Shown piece by piece: positions 17,949 to 25,247 of a DNA stretch of 64,000 nucleotides; the first letter of the stretch is position 1; every line of letters starts with the position of its first letter. The stretch comes from an uncultured Oscillospiraceae bacterium (GTDB lineage Bacteria > Bacillota > Clostridia > Christensenellales > Aristaeellaceae): the NCBI GenBank assembly GCA_964575255.1, contig CAZNPZ010000007.1, positions 21,939-85,938 on the forward strand, given 5' to 3'. The position numbers and the translations under genes were made by a program. Under the pieces are notes generated by a model. It searched no databases, was not told the origin of the DNA, and saw nothing but the letters and a program-made list of their open reading frames with translations.

Positions 17949-19196
17949 TTATCTGCGCCTGCGGGCGCGAACCACCCGGACGATCACGACGATCAGCACG
18001 ATGAGCGGGATCAGCACGATCAACACCGGCGCGAATGCCGCGAGCATCACCGCCATGTCCTGCAAAAAGCCGCTGAGCCAATTGACCGAATCGAAGAATC
18101 CGGTGCGGATGCGCTCGATCAGGCTGTCGCCCACCGGCTGCACCTGGTCGCGAACCGGCACTTCGGCAAGGTGAACGCTGACCTGGGCGTAGTCCGCCTG
18201 GCTGTCCCAGCCGCGGATGCGGCCTTCCAGCGAATCGATCTCGGCCTGCAGGTCGTAGAACTTGTCCTGCAGCTCGACGACGGCGGTTAAGTCGGTGGCG
18301 GTCTGCATCAGCTTGTTGATCTGATCCCGCTGCGTCTTCAGCGCGCTCAGCCGGGCGCTGGCGTCAAAGTACTGGGAGGACACGTCCTCCGCGTTCTTGC
18401 TTTTATAGACGACGTTTCCGATCACGTCCAGGCTGGTCAGGAATTCGTCCAACTGGGCGCTGGGCACGCGGATCGTCATGTCGCGCTGCCGTCCGGCCGT
18501 ATCGCCGGGCTTGATGGGCTGACCGCTCTGGCTATCGGCCTCATAGTACCCTTCGTACTCGGCGACGAGGTTGTCGACATTCTGGCTGTCGGTGTCATAG
18601 GCGGTGGTCTCCATCGAGTAGCTGGCCGAGCGAAGCACGACCTGCGTATGCGAGGCGCCGGAATTCGTGATCACCTGCTGATCCGCGGGCGTATTGGTGC
18701 CTTCCATCGCGCCGTCCGGCGTAAGGCTCATCATGCCGGAATCCTCGGCCCGGTCTTCGACGACGCCGCCGTACGGGGCGGAGGCATCGTACATCGCGTT
18801 GACCGGAGCCTTGGCGGACATTCTCGCATATTGCGCCGGGGGCGCGGTGACACCCTGCCGAAGCATTGCCGTGGACACCGTAAGGAGCGTCAGCGCCGCC
18901 GCGATCCAGCCCATGCCGCGCGTCCAGGCTCCGACCCTCCGCGCCTTCTTCCGGTTCTCCAGGTCGCCCCGGACGGCCTTGCGCCACGCGGCCTGCGCTT
19001 CCAAAGGAACCGTCAGCCCTTCGTCCATCTCGGCGCACATGGTCAATAGCCGCGTCATCGTCTCCAGCTTCTGGCCGCAGACGAGGCAATCCTTCGCGTG
19101 ATCGTTCATCCTGTCGCGCGTCTCCCGGTCGAGTTCGCCGTCCAGGTACGCATTCAGGTTGGAATCAAACCAACGGCATTTCTCTTGTTCGTTCAT
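17949..19196 (-). CDS. Anti-sigma factor (zf-HC2 N-terminus) with DUF4349-like extracytoplasmic domain
   Basis: N-terminal H-x3-C-x2-C motif (HAKDCLVCGQK), a central TM helix, coiled-coil-rich C-terminal domain and a terminal TM ending in RARRRR. Lies 23 nt downstream of the ECF sigma gene. Confidence 0.8.
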   Translation of the reverse strand: MNEQEKCRWFDSNLNAYLDGELDRETRDRMNDHAKDCLVCGQKLETMTRLLTMCAEMDEGLTVPLEAQAAWRKAVRGDLENRKKARRVGAWTRGMGWIAAALTLLTVSTAMLRQGVTAPPAQYARMSAKAPVNAMYDASAPYGGVVEDRAEDSGMMSLTPDGAMEGTNTPADQQVITNSGASHTQVVLRSASYSMETTAYDTDSQNVDNLVAEYEGYYEADSQSGQPIKPGDTAGRQRDMTIRVPSAQLDEFLTSLDVIGNVVYKSKNAEDVSSQYFDASARLSALKTQRDQINKLMQTATDLTAVVELQDKFYDLQAEIDSLEGRIRGWDSQADYAQVSVHLAEVPVRDQVQPVGDSLIERIRTGFFDSVNWLSGFLQDMAVMLAAFAPVLIVLIPLIVLIVVIVRVVRARRRR

Positions 19197-19219
19197 GCGC
19201 TTTCCCTCCTTTCCGCCAC

Positions 19220-19813
19220 TTAGACCGGATACCGGCCAAAAAGTTCCGGCTGCCTCACCAGCACTTCACGTAGCTTTTCGCGGCCCCGGCTGATGCGGGA
19301 TTTGATCGTGCCAACGTTCGCTTCCAGCATTCGGGCGATCTCATCGTAACTGAACCCCTGTACGTCTCGCAGCACGATCGCGGCGCGCATGTCCTCCGGC
19401 AGGTCCGCGATCGCCTTTTCCAGCGTGCGCCGCTGCTCGGAGGCGATGGAGTGCTGTTCCGGGGTCTCCCCCTCGTCGGTGGGCGACCAGCCGGTGTCCA
19501 ACAGCACGTCCAGCGATGTCGCGGTGCGCAGCTTCCGCCGCCTGAGTTCATCCAGGCAGGTATTCATCGTGATTCGGTACGCCCAGGTGGCAAAGGAGGA
19601 CTGCCCCTTGAAGTTTGAAATGGCGCGGTAGATGCGCAGCATCGCCTCCTGAAGGCAATCCTGCGCGTCCTCGCGGTTGCCGCACATCCGAAGCGACACC
19701 GCGTACATGCGGCTTTCATGCGCGCGCATCAGCAGTTCAAACGCGGATTCATCGCCTTGCGTAGCCCTGCGGACCAGTTCGCGCTCGTCGGGCGCGTTTT
19801 GCAAGCCGATCAC
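19220..19813 (-). CDS. ECF-type RNA polymerase sigma-70 family factor
   Basis: Region 2 (FELLMRAHESRMYAVSLRMCGNREDAQDCLQEAMLRIY) and region 4 (LPEDMRAAIVLRDVQGFSYDEIARML) are recognisable. Start is uncertain (GTG 19813 or TTG 19804; the track ORF runs to 19990). Confidence 0.85.
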   Translation of the reverse strand: MIGLQNAPDERELVRRATQGDESAFELLMRAHESRMYAVSLRMCGNREDAQDCLQEAMLRIYRAISNFKGQSSFATWAYRITMNTCLDELRRRKLRTATSLDVLLDTGWSPTDEGETPEQHSIASEQRRTLEKAIADLPEDMRAAIVLRDVQGFSYDEIARMLEANVGTIKSRISRGREKLREVLVRQPELFGRYPV

Positions 19814-20061
19814 CTCACTTCCACCTGCTATTATACACATAAACGCGGTAAATAACCAATTTCGGCCGGCATTTTCCAGCCATTCTTTCTTTGGACGCAA
19901 TACACCTCGCGCGGTTGCATCATTTTGACACAATCGGCAAATTTCCGGATAAAGGCGCTCGCCGACGGCCACCCCGACGGAGCGACGCACGCAATACCCC
20001 TATCAAGAAACCTCTGCCGGGAAATTTCTCCGCGCCGCACCGGGAAATTTCACGCCGGGAC

Positions 20062-20090
20062 TTGCTTTTTACCAGCCGATCCCGTATAAT
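20062..20090 (+). promoter_or_regulatory. Sigma-A-type promoter for tRNA-Leu
   Basis: TTGCTT(20062-20067), 17 nt, TATAAT(20085-20090), 14 nt upstream of the tRNA 5' end. Confidence 0.55.
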
Positions 20091-20104
20091 AAAACCCGCA
20101 TCGC

Positions 20105-20190
20105 GCCGGAATGATGGAATGGCAGACGTGACGGACTCAAAATCCGTTGGTGGCGACACCGTGCGGGTTCAAGTCCCGCTTCCGGCACCA
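20105..20190 (+). tRNA. tRNA-Leu (anticodon CAA), encoded CCA
   Basis: Acceptor stem GCCGGAA/TTCCGGC, anticodon loop CT-CAA-AA, long variable arm (type II tRNA), T-arm GGGTTCAAGTCCC, 3' ACCA. Confidence 0.9.
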
Positions 20191-20191
20191 C

Positions 20192-20222
20192 AATCCGTCT
20201 CGAAAGAGGCGGATTTTTATTA
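20192..20222 (+). terminator. Terminator after tRNA-Leu
   Basis: AATCCGTCTC gaaa GAGGCGGATT followed by TTTATTATT. Confidence 0.7.
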
Positions 20223-20230
20223 TTCATTTC

Positions 20231-20268
20231 AAAAACAGCCTGAATCCGAATGAAAACAGGCTGTTTTT
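20231..20268. terminator. Second hairpin with flanking A/T runs (bidirectional terminator-like)
   Basis: AAAAACAGCCTG(20231-20242), 14-nt loop, CAGGCTGTTTTT(20257-20268). Confidence 0.55.
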
Positions 20269-20460
20269 CGTCTATTTCCGCATAATCCCTTCGATATTTC
20301 CTTCAAATTGGGATGGATATCCCTTGGGGCTCGCATCTGTACCGCCATCCACCTTAGCAGGTTTTGCGCGCCGCCCGCTATTGAGATTCTCTTCTCTCTT
20401 CCCCGGCAGATGCATCCAACGTTCTTTGAAATCTCGCTGATGGAAATCATCAGGACATCG

Positions 20461-20724
20461 CTACACCGCCCAGCGTCCCGCCGGGGCGCCCTGTCCGCAC
20501 ACGAGCACACGACGGCTTTCGCGGGCGGGCTGGCAGATGTAGCGCGCGATCGAATACACGTCGATCATCGTCCCGGCGCAGGCGGTTTCCAGCCGCCCGT
20601 CCTCGATCATCCGGTAGATCGTCTTTCGGTCGCGGTCCAGGATGCGGGCGGCGGTTGTCAGTTTGACCGCTTCACCGTAGCGGGCCACCATTTCTTCGGT
20701 GCGTTCGCGGACGGACATGCGCAT
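20461..20724 (-). CDS. Small helix-turn-helix DNA-binding protein (excisionase/MerR-like HTH)
   Basis: 87-aa ORF. GGAGG-like RBS (AGGAGGAAG) upstream of the ATG. KLTTAARILDRDRKTIYRMIEDGRLE resembles the HTH_17/Xis-type motif. Confidence 0.65.
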   Translation of the reverse strand: MRMSVRERTEEMVARYGEAVKLTTAARILDRDRKTIYRMIEDGRLETACAGTMIDVYSIARYICQPARESRRVLVCGQGAPAGRWAV

Positions 20725-20835
20725 CTTCCTCCTTCACACGCTGACAGAACACTTGTTCTATTTCTTATTGTACGCGAAAAAACGCCGCCTGTCAACGGCG
20801 CGGAACCGAACACAAGATAACAGTACCGTAAAATA

Positions 20836-20872
20836 AAAAATAGAACCATTCCGCGCGGGTGGTTCTATTTTT
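20836..20872 (-). terminator. Terminator downstream of the small lipoprotein gene
   Basis: AAAAATAGAACCA(20836-20848) ... TGGTTCTATTTTT(20860-20872), with A/T runs on both sides. Confidence 0.6.
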
Positions 20873-20903
20873 CCAGCGATTCTCCAAGGATCACCTGCGA
20901 TGG

Positions 20904-21116
20904 TCAAGTGCCGGCGGTGGGTGAGGCCTGGACGGTCGGCGCCATCGTCACGGTCGGAGCGGGCGTCATGTCCGGGGACGCTGCGGGGGCAACCGTCATT
21001 GCCGGAACCGTCGCGACGGGCGCCACGGTGTCCGTAGGCGTCGGCGCGGTCTGCATACAACCGGAGAGCGCAACGAGGGAGAATACCGTCAGGATCACAA
21101 GGATCAGTTTACCCAT
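20904..21116 (-). CDS. Small Thr/Pro/Ala-rich lipoprotein (70 aa)
   Basis: AAAGGGGTGA RBS. MGKLILVILTVFSLVALSGC has a lipobox (LSGC). The rest is low complexity (TAPTPTDTVAPVATVPAMTVAP...). Confidence 0.6.
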   Translation of the reverse strand: MGKLILVILTVFSLVALSGCMQTAPTPTDTVAPVATVPAMTVAPAASPDMTPAPTVTMAPTVQASPTAGT

Positions 21117-21342
21117 TCAATCACCCCTTTTGAGATTCTGTCGAGGATTATTCTGAACCGTTCGGGCGCTTTTATGCTGACATATGTTGAGAGTGATGAT
21201 GCCAATATCAGACATGAATTGCCGATCAATCGGCAAAACCGCGTTTCGGCAAAAAAAACGGGCTTCGGCGCGGTTTTTCGTACGGGAAGATTCGACTCGG
21301 CATAGTGTACTATGCGACTATGAAAACCGGAGGTGTGATTCT

Positions 21343-21594
21343 ATGGGCTTTGACGGACTGGATGCGGATCTTTTAAATCCGTTCAAGCGGTGCGACGGGC
21401 GTTGCTGTCTGGACGACTGGTGCATGGACGACCGCGTCGACGACTGCATCTGCGGCCGCAGGTATGGCCGGAACTGCCTGTGCCTTTGCTGGGATACCAG
21501 CCGGAACTGCTGGCTGAGCCCCTGTACGGGCCGGTGCGTCCTTCTGTCCGAAACGGATTCTGACGATCTGAGCGGCGGGGCGCATGTAAGCTGA
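21343..21594 (+). CDS. Cysteine-rich acidic small protein (83 aa, 12 Cys)
   Basis: GGAGGTG lies 7 nt upstream of the ATG at 21343 (internal to track ORF 21184..21594). Translation verified codon by codon. A terminator follows 11 nt after the stop. Third codon positions are visibly G/C-rich like the neighbouring genes. Confidence 0.6.
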   Translation: MGFDGLDADLLNPFKRCDGRCCLDDWCMDDRVDDCICGRRYGRNCLCLCWDTSRNCWLSPCTGRCVLLSETDSDDLSGGAHVS

Positions 21595-21604
21595 TCCCGC
21601 AACC

Positions 21605-21640
21605 GGAAAACCTGCCGCTTGACAAGGCGGGTTTTCCTAT
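21605..21640 (+). terminator. Terminator after the Cys-rich ORF
   Basis: GGAAAACCTGCC(21605-21616), 9-nt loop, GGCGGGTTTTCC(21626-21637, one G-U pair), then TAT. Confidence 0.6.
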
Positions 21641-21723
21641 GCATCCTTATCGGGAACATTCAACAGGATTCGGGAATAGTCTGTGATGGCAACACCATCT
21701 ATTGTGAGGAGATGAACCGCCTT

Positions 21724-22344
21724 ATGAGCGCGTGGAGTGACAGAAAGATCCCGGATGCGATGTGGCATTGCTGCTTTGAACACGAGCAGGGCGCTCAAGC
21801 GCCCATGGAAATTCAAAAAGACCCGCCTGACACGGCAAAACCCCCGAAAGAAAGACAGGACGCCGCATCGGCTGCCGTCCCGGAAGTCGAACCGGAACAG
21901 GCCGCTAAAAAGCCCTGCCCGCCCGGCATGTGCGCCAACTACCGTGGTCAACTGGAGGAATCCATCCTCGACGAGCTGTGCGACGCCGGATTTTATGCGC
22001 AGATTGCCAACGAAGCGCCGACAGAAATCCTGAAGGAACTGATCATCAGCATCGTCGGCGACGAATACGGCCACGCACGGCTGCAGGCCGCCCTCTTGGG
22101 CGTCTGCCCGCCGCCGATCTCCGCCCCGCCCAACTGCCCGCCCGCCACCGGCAACTTCGAAGCGGACGTACAGACGGCAATCACCGGTGAGCTGGGCGCG
22201 ATCGGGCGCTACGCCACGCTGGCGGCGTGTGCGCCGACCTACAAGATCCGGTATCTTCTGACCTCGATTCTGGGCGACGAGTATGCGCACGCGCGCATCT
22301 GGACCGCCATGCTGCAGGCGCCCTCGCTGTGCAAGCCGAGGTAA
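21724..22344 (+). CDS. Ferritin-like diiron-motif protein (YhjR/rubrerythrin-like)
   Basis: Two half-sites, E-x(n)-GDEYGHAR and GE-x(n)-GDEYAHAR (E...ExxH twice), joined by a Pro-rich linker. Start is uncertain: ATG 21712 abuts GAGGAG, ATG 21724 has better spacing. Confidence 0.7.
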   Translation: MSAWSDRKIPDAMWHCCFEHEQGAQAPMEIQKDPPDTAKPPKERQDAASAAVPEVEPEQAAKKPCPPGMCANYRGQLEESILDELCDAGFYAQIANEAPTEILKELIISIVGDEYGHARLQAALLGVCPPPISAPPNCPPATGNFEADVQTAITGELGAIGRYATLAACAPTYKIRYLLTSILGDEYAHARIWTAMLQAPSLCKPR

Positions 22345-22369
22345 ACGATCTCATTCCAGTGAAACCTCA

Positions 22370-22405
22370 GGCGCCCCCGGCCACCATAAAGCGGCCGGGG
22401 GCGCC
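22370..22405. terminator. 13-bp GC hairpin between convergent genes (putative terminator, no clear U-tract)
   Basis: GGCGCCCCCGGCC(22370-22382), 10-nt loop, GGCCGGGGGCGCC(22393-22405). Confidence 0.45.
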
Positions 22406-22444
22406 AAAACGCTCCATGACTGTCGGCGCACTGCTCTGCCCTTA

Positions 22445-23518
22445 CTATCGCCTGACCCTGGCGTTGCCCCGGTAGACGCTCCACACCTGCTCCTCATCGG
22501 CCGGGGTGGCGTAATCCATCGTGGACGCCGTCGCCAGCGCGCCGGCGGCCCAGCCGAACTTCAGCCAGTCCGCGCTTTCCCAACCCTTCAGGATGCCGTA
22601 CAAAAGACCGCCGACGAATGCGTCGCCGCCGCCGATTCGGTCCAGAATCTGAATCTCCCGGAGCGGCTCAACATACCACGCGCCTTCCGCCAGCAGGATC
22701 GCGCCCCAACCGTGGCTGTTCGCGCTGTACACCTCCCGAAGCGTCGTGGCAAACACGGAAGCGTTCGGAAACATCGCGCGCGCCCGCTCAATCATGGCCT
22801 TGAAGCCGTCGATCTTTTGTTCGATGCCGCTGCCGCCCGCCTCCGGCCCTTCGACGCCCAGCGCCAGCTGAAAGTCTTCTTCATTGCCGATCAGGATGTC
22901 GGACAGCGACGCGATCTCAGAAAACGCAGCCCGAAGAATCGCCTCGCGCCCCTTCCAGAACGACGCGCGGTAGTTGAGGTCAAAGGAGATGCGCGCGCCG
23001 GACGCCTTCGCGCGCCGCGCGACTGTGAGGCAGCATTCCGTGGACTGATCCGACAGCGCGGCCACCAGCCCGGACAGATGCAGAATCTTGCAGCCGTCGC
23101 GGTCAAACAGGCGGTCAAGGTCGTAATCGGCGGCGGACAGCGTCCGCCCCACCTCCCCCGCCCGGTCGTTGTGCACCCTGGGGCCGCGAACGCCAAAACC
23201 GCTGTCCGCAATGTTGAACTGATGCCGATAGCCCCACGGCCCGCCCTGCGGCACCTCCGGCCCCTCGAAGCCGATGTTGCGGCGGCGCAGGTCGCTCTTC
23301 AAAAACAGCGCGATCGGGCTGTCCTTGACGAACCGAGTCAGCGCGAGAACCCGCATCCCCAACGCGGCGGAAATGTTCAAAACGTTGGTTTCCGCGCTGG
23401 TGGACTGCATTTCAAACAGGTTTGCCGTGTGCACGCTGCCCCGGTCTACCGGCGCGATGCGAACGCCAATGCTGGTCACCGTGATCAATGCGATCCTAGC
23501 GTCTGCTCGTAATTCCAT
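22445..23518 (-). CDS. PfkB-family sugar kinase (2-keto-3-deoxygluconate kinase-like)
   Basis: 357-aa ORF. GGAGG RBS. C-terminal DRIGGGDAFVGG motif of the ribokinase/PfkB family. Confidence 0.85.
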   Translation of the reverse strand: MELRADARIALITVTSIGVRIAPVDRGSVHTANLFEMQSTSAETNVLNISAALGMRVLALTRFVKDSPIALFLKSDLRRRNIGFEGPEVPQGGPWGYRHQFNIADSGFGVRGPRVHNDRAGEVGRTLSAADYDLDRLFDRDGCKILHLSGLVAALSDQSTECCLTVARRAKASGARISFDLNYRASFWKGREAILRAAFSEIASLSDILIGNEEDFQLALGVEGPEAGGSGIEQKIDGFKAMIERARAMFPNASVFATTLREVYSANSHGWGAILLAEGAWYVEPLREIQILDRIGGGDAFVGGLLYGILKGWESADWLKFGWAAGALATASTMDYATPADEEQVWSVYRGNARVRR

Positions 23519-23534
23519 GCCCCTTTGCCTCCAA

Positions 23535-23546
23535 CTGATATATCAG
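23535..23546. promoter_or_regulatory. Perfect 12-bp palindrome upstream of the sugar kinase start (candidate operator)
   Basis: CTGATATATCAG read directly, 17 nt upstream of the kinase ATG on the minus strand. Confidence 0.3.
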
Positions 23547-23555
23547 ATAGACTAT

Positions 23556-23586
23556 AAAACAAAAAAGCCGGGGCGTCAACGCCGGC
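23556..23586 (-). terminator. Terminator downstream of the GntR-family gene
   Basis: Bulged hairpin GCCGG..CG tcaa CG..CCGGC, followed on the minus strand by CTTTTTTGTTTT. Confidence 0.55.
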
Positions 23587-23594
23587 CATGCGTT

Positions 23595-24339
23595 TCAGTC
23601 GACACGCGCCAAGGAATACTGCTTCGCATTTTTCTTTGGCATTTGGAATGAGCCCAGTTCCCTCACGGGCGCGTAATACTGGGGATACAGCACCCTCAAC
23701 GTCTCATGGTCGGCGATGGCGCGCGTCAAGTGCTGCTCGTAGACCATTCGGGCGGCGGGGGCGTCGCCCGCCTCGATGGCGGAAGCGATCGCCTCGTGCT
23801 CGGAGACGAGCGATTCGGCGCTGGTCAGCTGGGAGCTCAACCAGCGCACACGGTCGAAGTGGATGGAATGCGATTTTACGATCCGGTACAGGTCATCGCG
23901 GCCCAACGCGCGATAGATCGCCTCGTGAAACTGGTCGTCCAGCTGAAGGAACCGATCCGGATCGCTGAGCAGCGCGGGTTTTTGCGCGCAAACGATCCCG
24001 CGGAGTTCCTGCACAAGTTTTCCATCGCGCGCGGCGCAGGCTTCTTCCGCCAGGCGAGGCTCGAACACGAAGCGCAGGTAGCGGATGTCCTCGCCGCGCT
24101 TCTCTTCAAGGAAGGTGACGAAGGTGCCGCGCTGGGGATAGACCGCGAGGATGCTCCGGCGCTTCAGTTCCAAAATCGCCTCCCGGACCGGCGTCCTGCT
24201 GACGCCATCCGCTCGGCCAGTTCCTTCTCCTGCAGCTGTTCACCGGGCAGCAGCCTCAGATGGACGATGTTATGTTCCAACACCCGCCGCGCGTAATCGC
24301 TGCGGATTCCCTGGGTTTTCGATCCGGCAGTTCGAGCAT
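23595..24339 (-). pseudogene. GntR-family (FCD-type) regulator, frameshifted in the N-terminal HTH
   Basis: The intact C-terminal ORF (23595..24173) starts mid-domain. Upstream, ...LLPGEQLQEKELAERM is in another frame. Restoring one G at about 24205 (ATGG-CG) yields ERMGVSRTPVREAILELKRRSIL. A second shift near 24309-24321 is needed to reach the ATG at 24339. Confidence 0.7.
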
Positions 24340-24438
24340 CGTACCGCCCCCAGCGTTATGGGAATATGCGAAAGCGTGCGCACCCGTCGAGATTCTGCCA
24401 TGCCCAATCCAAGAAGTCGACCGATGCCTGTGAGCGCT

Positions 24439-25167
24439 TCACGCCTTCACGGTCTGGCCGATGTTCCCCATGTCCTTTGCCGTGAAGTCGTTCAGAAAGT
24501 GCAATAGGATCCCCGGCAGAATCGAACCGGTGACCGCGTACAGCGCGGCGAGCATCACCCCATACAGGCCGGTCTTCAAAGCGCCGGATACGCCCTGATA
24601 TGCGTGACCCAGGCCGAACACCGCGCCCATTATCGCAAGGCACAGGTAAACGTTGATGGCCGGGACCAACGAACGAACCAGGAAGAACAAAAAGCCCCTG
24701 TAGAGAAGTTCCTCAAATAACCCCGCGGTCAGGGAAACCCAAGTCCAAAGCCGCTTTTCGCGCGGGCTGCGGGGCATCATACAGGCGATGTCTTCCGGCA
24801 ATTCAATGCGGCAGAGTTTATCCCGGAAGCTCTGGCTGACCCGTGCCATGACGATCTGTTGGACGATCAGCACGGCGTATACGCCGCTGACAAACAACAC
24901 GCCATACGCCACCCACCGGTTGATCTCGCCGCCAAAACCCGGCAGCGCGACGCCGACGTCCGAAAGGGAAAACCAGCCGAGACACAAGAGAAGAAGAATG
25001 GCCGCCGACGGCGCGGCGATTTCGAGGATCAGCCGGCGATAATAGCCAATCCGCGCCTGCGGGTCAAGCTGGGCGGCGCGCATGAATTTGCGGTGCCCGA
25101 TGACGCCGCCAATCGGTTCATACAGCAAAAAGAAAGCCAATGACAGAAGGTATACCACCGTCTTCAT
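24439..25167 (-). CDS. CPBP-family intramembrane glutamic endopeptidase (CAAX protease/Abi-like)
   Basis: EELLYRGFLF, GLGHAYQG and HFLNDF motifs in a polytopic membrane protein. Confidence 0.85.
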   Translation of the reverse strand: MKTVVYLLSLAFFLLYEPIGGVIGHRKFMRAAQLDPQARIGYYRRLILEIAAPSAAILLLLCLGWFSLSDVGVALPGFGGEINRWVAYGVLFVSGVYAVLIVQQIVMARVSQSFRDKLCRIELPEDIACMMPRSPREKRLWTWVSLTAGLFEELLYRGFLFFLVRSLVPAINVYLCLAIMGAVFGLGHAYQGVSGALKTGLYGVMLAALYAVTGSILPGILLHFLNDFTAKDMGNIGQTVKA

Positions 25168-25247
25168 CCAGGTCCCTCTCCTATCGCGTGTGGAGCCAAT
25201 GCCGGTTTTATACGGACGGCCTGAAAATCAGGCGCAGGGTGATGCTT

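Noticed and set aside
20229-20510. 93-aa minus-strand ORF between the tRNA terminators and the HTH gene
   Set aside because: It has no RBS and a Cys/Arg-rich, irregular translation. It overlaps the 3' end of the HTH ORF and spans a terminator hairpin, so it is probably non-coding or a decayed remnant.
21230-21280. AAAACCGCG...CGCGGTTTTT stem with a 25-nt A-rich loop, upstream of the Cys-rich ORF. It could be an attenuator or riboswitch-like element.
   Set aside because: Only a 9-bp stem could be verified by hand, and the interior pairs poorly. There is no alternative antiterminator structure or known motif. It may simply be a weak terminator or insulator for the divergent lipoprotein gene region.
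20105-22450. Integrated prophage or integrative element at tRNA-Leu
   Set aside because: No integrase, recombinase, or phage or conjugation genes are present. I could not find a direct repeat of the tRNA 3' end by eye within this span. Only a small HTH protein hints at mobile ancestry, so this is reported as an islet and not as a mobile element.
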